A DNA stretch of 64,000 bases. Source: a virus. Taxonomy: Duplodnaviria; Caudoviricetes. Below are positions 57,376 through 64,000 of this stretch, in pieces. The notes below the pieces were generated by a model. The model made no database searches and was not told the origin of the DNA. It saw only the letters and a list, made by a program, of their open reading frames with translations. Every line of letters starts with the position of its first letter. Within the stretch, counting starts at the first letter, position 1. The stretch lies in IMG/VR virus record IMGVR_UViG_3300028048_000113, positions 1 to 64,000 of that record. One strand, given 5' to 3'. A program made the position numbers and the translations under genes.

Positions 57376-57469
57376 ATATTTTAGCAAAAAGTATCAAAAA
57401 ATTTACAAAAAATTGTTTAATTTTTCAAAAAATAATATATAATATCAATACACAAAAGGTATAGATTAT

Positions 57470-57619
57470 ATGTATTCAAAAACAAAAATAGTAAATTTTT
57501 TATCCAAACAATTAAATATTAGTAAGCAAGATCTACAAAAATGTTGTATTACAGAACTTTTTGATATTCTTGATAAATGTGGACTTACTCAGCAGTTTGA
57601 ACAACTTTTAGCGCATTAA
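57470..57619 (+). CDS. Small hypothetical protein (49 aa)
   Basis: AAGGT RBS, followed by terminator 57620-57645. Confidence 0.45.
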   Translation: MYSKTKIVNFLSKQLNISKQDLQKCCITELFDILDKCGLTQQFEQLLAH

Positions 57620-57759
57620 AGGTAGCATATTAGTGCTATCTTTTTGTGTGCATAAAAGTACCTTTAATAGTACTATTAAAAAATCAGCTAAAATATAAGT
57701 TTACATACATAAACCAATATGATAGAATAGCACTATAAAATAATAAAGGAAGTTACAGA

Positions 57760-58590
57760 ATGAAGTTAGTTGTTATTGGAAGCTCATCTTTTTCAGACAA
57801 GGAATTATTTGATTCAACAATCAAGGACTATTCAGCTGATGAATATATTGTAAAGGCAAAGAGTGACTTTGCAACATGGATCCCTGGAGCCACAACATTC
57901 ACAAAATACAATGACTTGGTAATTGAAGATGACATGCAGATCCTGGCATTCTGGGATGGTGAGTCTCTCAATGTAAAGAGGATTGTAGAAGCATATCCTG
58001 AAAAGTCAACCATTGTTACCTTTGAAAATAAGGCAGTCAAGTCTTTCTATGACATGGTAGAACAGATCAAGAATGAAAAGTGGAAGGAAGGATGCAGAAC
58101 CCTTATTAAGAAGCTTCCTAATTACTTCTGGGTGGTTGCAGCATCATCCTCTGGGAAGTACCACCCTAAATGTGACTTGGGCTCTGGAGGGCTTGTAAGA
58201 CACTCTGTGATGGTAGCTGTTACAGCTGTTGATTTGGTAAGAGCTGAGATTTTTGTAGAGGACAATGACCTCAATGCTGATATGGCCCTTATTGCTGGCC
58301 TTTTCCATGATTGCCTCAAACAGGGCAAGGATTGTACAGGTCACACAGTATTTGAGCATCCTGAATTGGCAGCTGAATTCCTTAATGAGGAACTTAAAGA
58401 TTATATTGAGGAACCCTACCTCTCAATTATTTGTGGTGGTATAAAGACACACATGGGAAAGTGGACCACATCAGATTATGCACCTGATGTAGTATTGGAG
58501 AAGCCCTCCACAGCTTTCCAGAAGTTAGTCCATACAGCTGACTATGTAGCAGCTAGAAAATATATTTCAGGTCTTGAGGAATGGCAGTAA
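57760..58590 (+). CDS. SLOG/DUF2493-like domain fused to HD phosphohydrolase
   Basis: MKLVVIGS..F.D, AFWDGES; C-terminal GKYHP...GGLVRHS...LFHD...HPE...HMGKW...VHTADY. Confidence 0.7.
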   Translation: MKLVVIGSSSFSDKELFDSTIKDYSADEYIVKAKSDFATWIPGATTFTKYNDLVIEDDMQILAFWDGESLNVKRIVEAYPEKSTIVTFENKAVKSFYDMVEQIKNEKWKEGCRTLIKKLPNYFWVVAASSSGKYHPKCDLGSGGLVRHSVMVAVTAVDLVRAEIFVEDNDLNADMALIAGLFHDCLKQGKDCTGHTVFEHPELAAEFLNEELKDYIEEPYLSIICGGIKTHMGKWTTSDYAPDVVLEKPSTAFQKLVHTADYVAARKYISGLEEWQ

Positions 58591-58604
58591 AGGAGAAGAA
58601 CTAA

Positions 58605-58793
58605 ATGGAAATTACAAAGAATTCATTTTATGACACAATGGAAGAGGTTCTCTATGGGGATTGTGTTGCTGACTATATTACAAAGTCAGAAATGAAGGAT
58701 TATCTTAAGGACATTAAGAAGTTTATAAAGCATGCCAAGGATGGAGATGAATATTGGTATGCAGGTAGTAAGTATATTATCACCAATTGTTAA
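58605..58793 (+). CDS. Hypothetical protein
   Basis: AAGGAG RBS, 62 aa. Confidence 0.5.
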   Translation: MEITKNSFYDTMEEVLYGDCVADYITKSEMKDYLKDIKKFIKHAKDGDEYWYAGSKYIITNC

Positions 58794-58941
58794 AATAAAC
58801 AAAAACCACTTTAAATTTATATAAATTTTTTGACAAAAGTTCTTTAAGTTTTTAGTTTACAAACTATAAAAAATGACCCATAACTATATATGGGAACGTT
58901 AATAAAGGAGGTAATCAATGAAGCTTAAATAACTCAAGCGG

Positions 58942-58970
58942 TTTACAGGAGTAAGGATTTGTGGTATAAT
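58942..58970 (+). promoter_or_regulatory. SigmaA-like promoter of the sigma-factor gene
   Basis: TTTACA-N17-TATAAT with extended TG. Confidence 0.7.
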
Positions 58971-59005
58971 AATACTACACAAGAATAATGAGGTGAACAA
59001 GTATA

Positions 59006-60028
59006 ATGAAAATTACTAATGCTGTAGAAAAAATTATCAATAAGGAAACCAAGGATAAGGAAATAGATCTGGATAAGTATTCAGAGATTATGGCTGATCT
59101 CACAGGTGATGAATATGTTGAACTTATCAACAAGCTTAGTGAGTTGGGTTATACAGTAAGTAGTAAGGAAGAGGAAGAGGATGAAGAGGCTGATGCCCTT
59201 ATCAATAGTAATGACATTAAGTCAATTATCTCAAGATTCCCTCTTCTCACAAAGGAACAGGAACTTGACTTAGCTAATAAGAAGCTTGAGGGTGATTTGG
59301 ATGCTAAAGAGCTTCTTATCAATTCAAATCTGAGATTGGTTGTCTCAATTGTAAAGAAGTACCTCAATAGAGGTGTTGAATTCCCTGACCTGTTTAGTGC
59401 TGGCTGCACTGGACTTACAATGGCAGTTGATAAGTTTGACCCTTCCAAGGGCTACAAGCTCTCAACATTTGCCACATGGTGGATTAGACAGCAGATTACA
59501 AGTGAAATCTCAACTATGGGTAGAATGATTAGAATACCTGTAAATACTGCTCAGAAGGTAAATGAGGTTAAGAAGGCTAAGAGAGCCCTTGAAATTGATC
59601 TTAATAGAGAGCCTTCCCTTGAGGAAGTTGCAGAAAGACTTGGTATTACTGAGGAAAAGGTAATTGAACTCCTTAGTTATGATATTCAGCCTATCTCCTA
59701 TGATCAGGCCATATCCAGTGACTCAGATGATACCCTTCTGGACTTCATAAGCACAGAATTGGTTGATGAGGATGAAACCTCAGACATTATTAAGGCCCTT
59801 GATGAGATTGAACTCAAGAAGGAAGTCAGAACCCTTATGAGAACTCTGACCCCTAGAGAGAAGCAGGTTATCCTTCTCAGAAAGGGATTTATCAATAATA
59901 AAGTTTATAAGCTCCAGGAAATTGGTGAAATCTTGGGTGTAACTAAGCAGATGGTTAAGTCCATTGAAGAAAAGGCCACCCATAAGATGAAGATTGAATC
60001 AGTTGTCATCCAGATGAGTGAAAACTAA
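59006..60028 (+). CDS. Sigma70-family (RpoD/SigA-like) sigma factor
   Basis: PLLTKEQE (1.2), NLRLVVSI.KKY, DL, FDPSKGYKLST.ATWWIRQ (2), IRIPV (3), LTPREKQVI.LR.G HTH (4). Confidence 0.92.
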   Translation: MKITNAVEKIINKETKDKEIDLDKYSEIMADLTGDEYVELINKLSELGYTVSSKEEEEDEEADALINSNDIKSIISRFPLLTKEQELDLANKKLEGDLDAKELLINSNLRLVVSIVKKYLNRGVEFPDLFSAGCTGLTMAVDKFDPSKGYKLSTFATWWIRQQITSEISTMGRMIRIPVNTAQKVNEVKKAKRALEIDLNREPSLEEVAERLGITEEKVIELLSYDIQPISYDQAISSDSDDTLLDFISTELVDEDETSDIIKALDEIELKKEVRTLMRTLTPREKQVILLRKGFINNKVYKLQEIGEILGVTKQMVKSIEEKATHKMKIESVVIQMSEN

Positions 60029-60080
60029 TTGATACAAAAAATTGGTTTACTATTTAAGATAGGGGACATATAATATCATT

Positions 60081-60165
60081 ATCAAACATAAAAATAATGT
60101 TTGTACTACAGACGTAGTTGTTCTCCTTTTTCAAAAAGCTATCATCGAAAGGTGGTAGCTTTTTT
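60081..60165 (+). ncRNA. Candidate ~85-nt sRNA
   Basis: Promoter TTTACT-N17-TATAAT at 60046-60074; two hairpins, anti-SD TTCTCCTTTT, intrinsic terminator 60133-60165; no ORF with RBS. Confidence 0.5.
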
Positions 60166-60172
60166 AATGCAT

Positions 60173-60192
60173 GTGAAGGGCTATTTAATTAT
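60173..60192 (+). promoter_or_regulatory. Conserved 20-bp motif, copy 3 (before gyrB)
   Basis: GTGAAGGGCTATTTAATTAT (19/20 match). Confidence 0.7.
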
Positions 60193-60266
60193 ATAAGTTA
60201 AATTATAGTTTACTTATAAGGAAAAAGACATATAATACAATTATCATTTATGAAAGGAAATTAAAC

Positions 60267-62363
60267 ATGGCAGCAAAGAAAAATCTGTATGACGAGTATA
60301 GTATCGTAACAGAAACGCCAAGAGAGTTTACACGAAGAGTTCCAAGTACATATCTTGGAAGTTCGCGTACAAATACAAACTTGGTAAAAGAAGTGTTTGC
60401 TAATGCAGTTGATGAACATGCTATTGGACACGGTGATACTATTAACGTTACTATTGACACTGCTAAGAACATTTACTCCATTGAGGATAATGGACAAGGC
60501 TTCTTAGTTAATGCCGGTATTGATGAAGAAGGAGAAACAATTCTCCAAAGATCCTTTGACAAACTTAATACCTCAGGTAAGACCTCAGCAGACGGTGTTT
60601 ATGAAGGTACTGCACTTGGTCTTAACGGTATTGGTGCTAAACTTACCAACTGGTTGTCACTAAAATTGAATGTTATTACTTATAGAGATGGTAAGTTTGA
60701 GGAACTTGATTTTAAGGATGGAATTTTCCAGAAAAGAAAAGTCGGTGAAACAAAGAGAGCTTCAGGTACAAAGGTTACTTGGTCACCTGATCCTAAATTC
60801 TTCGCTCAAAACATTCCTGATATTGCAATGTTAAAGAGCCACTTTGAGGTAATTGCAGCTCTTTGTCCTAATCTCACTATAAACCTTGTTTATAATGGTG
60901 AAGAGTCAAGTTATTCAGAACCTGGTGGTCTTAATTCCTATGTAGATAGGAAAGTAAAGAGTAAAGAATTATTCTCAAATAGATTCGCCACAGAAAGAAC
61001 AGTTGATGTAACTTACTTCAAGCCTAAGAAGTACCCGGGACTCACACTTAAAGACACAGACTTTAAGGATGGAGTCTATAATTATGATAGAACTAATGAA
61101 ATTGGTTGGGATCATATACCTCACAAGGCTGAAGACATGGTGGTTACTATCAAGAAATCAGAATGTGAACAGTTCACAAGACAAGAAAAACTTAATATTT
61201 GTATGACATATACTTCAGATTATTCTGAGAATATTGATGCATATGTTAATCTTGGTCACACTGATGCTGGTGCACATATTCAAGCATTCCATACCGCATT
61301 TGTTAGAGCAATCAATAAATATGCCACAGATGCCGGATGGTTAAAGAAGAATGACAAGAATTTCAATAGTAATGAAATTTCAGAAGGTCTTTATGTAGCA
61401 TTTAATATGACTACCACAACAGCAAAATATGATGCTCAGAATAAATCAAGAATTGATGATATTGATGCAAAAGTAATCAATGTTGTAGTTGGTGGTGACT
61501 TTGCTACTTGGTTAATGAATAATCCTGGTGACGCTAAGATTATTGTTGACAGAGCTTTAACTGCTAGAAAGGCAAGAGAAGCTGCACAGAAAGCAAAGGA
61601 AAAGATTAGAGATGCTTCAAATGGTAAAGGCGCAAAGTCTATCTTTACAGACCTTCCTACAAAGCTTTCAGATGCTTATCCTAAGAACAAGAAAGATAGA
61701 AGTAAGTGTGAATTATACATCTGTGAGGGTGACTCAGCTGCTTCATCTATCAAGGGTTGTAAGAATGCTGAATTCCAAGCAACATTCCCTATTAGAGGTA
61801 AGATCTTGAATTGTCAAAAAGCTACAGCTGCTCAGGTTTATGGCAATGCAGAGATTGCAGCTATTACAAAAGCACTTGGTCTTGATATTGACAAAACAAC
61901 AGGTAAGCTTATTTATGATACAAAGAAGCTTAGATACGATAAGATCATAATTGCTTCAGATGAAGACGTTGATGGTCTTGATATTGCTTCATTGTTATTG
62001 ACAGTATTTAACTGGGTATGTCCTGAACTTATTGAGAATGGTCATATCTATCATGTACATGGTGCATTATTTAAGGCAACATTCAAAGATGATACTTATA
62101 AGTTATTCCAGACTGAAGCTGAACTTGAGGCTTGGAAAAAGACTAATAAGAAGCCTTATATACTTTCAAGAGCAAAAGGTCTTGGTGAGTTGACAAAGGA
62201 TGAGACTAAGGAACAGTTAGTAAATCCTGCAACTAGAAATCTTCATAGACTTGTAGTTGATAATATGGAAGAATTTAACAAGTACCTTGACATGGCTAAG
62301 GGACCTGATCCTGAGGCTCGTAAGGTTTATCTTGAAGAGCACTTCAATGATTATGAAGAATAA
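60267..62363 (+). CDS. gyrB: Type IIA topoisomerase subunit B (GyrB/ParE-like)
   Basis: EVFANAVDE, DNGQG, GLNGIGAK (GHKL); CEGDSA, PIRGKILN, DEDVDG (TOPRIM), KGLGE. Confidence 0.92.
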   Translation: MAAKKNLYDEYSIVTETPREFTRRVPSTYLGSSRTNTNLVKEVFANAVDEHAIGHGDTINVTIDTAKNIYSIEDNGQGFLVNAGIDEEGETILQRSFDKLNTSGKTSADGVYEGTALGLNGIGAKLTNWLSLKLNVITYRDGKFEELDFKDGIFQKRKVGETKRASGTKVTWSPDPKFFAQNIPDIAMLKSHFEVIAALCPNLTINLVYNGEESSYSEPGGLNSYVDRKVKSKELFSNRFATERTVDVTYFKPKKYPGLTLKDTDFKDGVYNYDRTNEIGWDHIPHKAEDMVVTIKKSECEQFTRQEKLNICMTYTSDYSENIDAYVNLGHTDAGAHIQAFHTAFVRAINKYATDAGWLKKNDKNFNSNEISEGLYVAFNMTTTTAKYDAQNKSRIDDIDAKVINVVVGGDFATWLMNNPGDAKIIVDRALTARKAREAAQKAKEKIRDASNGKGAKSIFTDLPTKLSDAYPKNKKDRSKCELYICEGDSAASSIKGCKNAEFQATFPIRGKILNCQKATAAQVYGNAEIAAITKALGLDIDKTTGKLIYDTKKLRYDKIIIASDEDVDGLDIASLLLTVFNWVCPELIENGHIYHVHGALFKATFKDDTYKLFQTEAELEAWKKTNKKPYILSRAKGLGELTKDETKEQLVNPATRNLHRLVVDNMEEFNKYLDMAKGPDPEARKVYLEEHFNDYEE

Positions 62364-62377
62364 GGAAGGAAATTAGT

Positions 62378-64000
62378 ATGACAAAAAGAACTCCAAAAAG
62401 TACAGGTGTTGAAATAGTGGAGCGTGAACCTGTCTCAATGCCTATTGTTGAGGAAATTACAAAGAACTTTGTTCTTTATGCTAAGGAAATCAACAAAAAC
62501 AGAGCATTCCCTCATTTGCTTCCTGGTATTAAACCTATTCATGGTCATGCCTTATGGGCAATGTGGGCAAATGGTAGAAAACATAACAAACCTTTTACCA
62601 AGTCAGCTAAAATTGCTGGTGAAGTAATGAGTTATTCACCTCACGCTGAGTGTTATGGCTCATTAGTATTGTTATGTCAGGACTTTACATATCATATTCC
62701 TTATATCACAGGTCGTGGTTCATTTGGATCTTTAACAGGTGGTCCTACTCCTGCTGCCTCAAGATATACAGAAATGAAGCTTAGTGAATTTATTGAAGAT
62801 GTACTCTTCTATAACACAAAGCTTCTAGATATGGGTATGAACTATTTGGAAGAAGAACCTGAGCCTATTCTTAACACTTGGGTTGCACTTTTACCTTTGT
62901 TATTTATGACAAATACCTCAGGTATGGGATATACAGTTTCAAACTCTTGGTCCTCTGGTAACCTTTTAGAGTTTAGAGAACAGTTACTTAATTATCTTAA
63001 GACAGGTAAAGTTGATTGTTCAAAGATTTATCCTGACTTCCCTAATGGTGGTATTATCATCAATAAGTCAGAGATGAAAGAACTCTATGAAACAGGTAAA
63101 GGTACCATAAAGCTTAGAGGTAAGACTGAAATTGAAGGTGATACAATTAAGATTTATTCACTTCCTTATCAGAAATATCCTGAGCAATTTATGGAAGATG
63201 TAAAGAAGCTTGTTACTACTTCACAAACAACTATCACTGACGTTGCAGATAGATGTGATGATGAAGGTTTCTTAATTGAAATTGAATGTGAAGCAGGTAC
63301 AGCTGAATATGTAAGAGAAGTTCTTTTTAGAAAAACTTGTCTTCAGGTAAATATTTCAGATGAGCATAAAGCAGTTACAGCTGCTGGTAAGCCTGAACTT
63401 ATCACATTCCCTGATTATATGAAGACTTTTGTTGATGCAAATATTGCTCTTGTTATTAAAGAAGCAGTTCTCAATCTTGAGGAAATCAATGAAAGAAAAG
63501 AATTAGTTGATGGTTTACTTAATGCTTTGGAAATTATTGATGAAATTATTAAGACAATTAAGAAGTCAAAGTCAATGGATGATGCAAAGACTGCTATCAT
63601 GAAGATGCCTAAGTATAAGTTTACTGAAAAGCAAGCTGACTACATTGTACATACACCTCTTGGTAGATTAGCAAATCTTGAGCAGGTTAAACTTCAGGAT
63701 GAGAAGAAGGATCTTGACAAGAGAAAAGCTGAGATGGAAGATCTTAGAGATAATCCTAAGTCTCAGAAAAAGTACTTCCTCAACAGATTTAACAAGTTAG
63801 TTGATAAGTATGGTTGGGAAAGAAAAACTGAAGTTATTGATGTTGAGATGCCAGATCTTAGAGTTGCAGTTGATAAGCCTGCTAAATTGGCTAGACCTAA
63901 GAAAGAATTTATGGTAGTTCTTACTGATACTGGTGCTCTTAAGAGAATTGAAGTCACTAAGTTCAGAGCAACTGGTGAAGACAATAAGAACATCAAGGTT
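62378..64000 (+). CDS. gyrA: Type IIA topoisomerase subunit A (GyrA/ParC-like), runs off the window
   Basis: Not in the ORF track (no stop in window). AGGAAGGA RBS; RAFP...GIKP, KSAKIAGEVMSYSPH, GRGSFG, AASRYTE catalytic Tyr, PDFPNGG. Confidence 0.9.
   Translation, partial: MTKRTPKSTGVEIVEREPVSMPIVEEITKNFVLYAKEINKNRAFPHLLPGIKPIHGHALWAMWANGRKHNKPFTKSAKIAGEVMSYSPHAECYGSLVLLCQDFTYHIPYITGRGSFGSLTGGPTPAASRYTEMKLSEFIEDVLFYNTKLLDMGMNYLEEEPEPILNTWVALLPLLFMTNTSGMGYTVSNSWSSGNLLEFREQLLNYLKTGKVDCSKIYPDFPNGGIIINKSEMKELYETGKGTIKLRGKTEIEGDTIKIYSLPYQKYPEQFMEDVKKLVTTSQTTITDVADRCDDEGFLIEIECEAGTAEYVREVLFRKTCLQVNISDEHKAVTAAGKPELITFPDYMKTFVDANIALVIKEAVLNLEEINERKELVDGLLNALEIIDEIIKTIKKSKSMDDAKTAIMKMPKYKFTEKQADYIVHTPLGRLANLEQVKLQDEKKDLDKRKAEMEDLRDNPKSQKKYFLNRFNKLVDKYGWERKTEVIDVEMPDLRVAVDKPAKLARPKKEFMVVLTDTGALKRIEVTKFRATGEDNKNIKV

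Noticed and set aside
32158-62363. Inteins or introns in recA, dnaB, RNAP subunits or gyrB
   Set aside because: Frames are continuous, sizes are normal or reduced, and there are no Cys/Ser...His-Asn boundaries; the beta' split has separate SD and start codons
2523-63996. All minus-strand ORFs and the short + strand ORFs nested in other frames of longer genes in the ORF track
   Set aside because: They are shadows of well-supported + strand genes, with no SD sites or recognisable motifs
1-64000. Stop-codon reassignment as in some huge gut phages
   Set aside because: Genes are long, densely packed and motif-complete under code 11; TAG (e.g. 7462-7464) and TGA both act as terminators
1-64000. 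tRNA genes, rRNA and CRISPR arrays
   Set aside because: No T-loop GTTCRA cloverleaf or regularly spaced direct repeats seen by eye; a tRNAscan-SE or CRISPR finder run would confirm
1-64000. Cellular chromosome origin of the window
   Set aside because: Highly divergent split RNAP, phage-type replication module and many small orphan ORFs on one strand argue against it; a giant plasmid-like element cannot be excluded because no capsid genes are in the window

Overview
AT-rich 64 kb segment with essentially all real genes on the + strand, densely packed and read in standard code 11. It is most consistent with the early/replication region of a very large bacteriophage (or phage-like extrachromosomal element) of a Firmicutes host: AGGAG(G) Shine-Dalgarno sites, sigmaA-like promoters, and no structural genes in the window. 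Core functions: RNA ligase (partial), RecA, Holliday-junction-resolvase-like nuclease, replication initiator/DnaC/DnaB/primase, type IIA topoisomerase B and A (partial), a sigma70 factor, and a strongly miniaturised three-piece multisubunit RNA polymerase (beta, beta'-N, beta'-C). Accessory content: a PgaC-PgaD fusion frameshifted in a poly-T run, dispersed CoaB/CoaC/CoaD, a CoaB-like/class II aldolase fusion, Tpt1/KptA, Thg1, PIN-PhoH, a TelA-vWA operon, HflK/HflC, secreted cell-wall enzymes, and three tandem proteins built from 14 Zn-binding repeats. Non-coding signals: about 20 TTTAC(A/T)-N16-18-TATAAT-type promoters, a 20-bp motif before recA, the RNAP operon and gyrB, a candidate anti-Shine-Dalgarno sRNA, micropeptide ORFs, and strong but patchy CG depletion. 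All assignments come from motif recognition by eye; no database searches were run.
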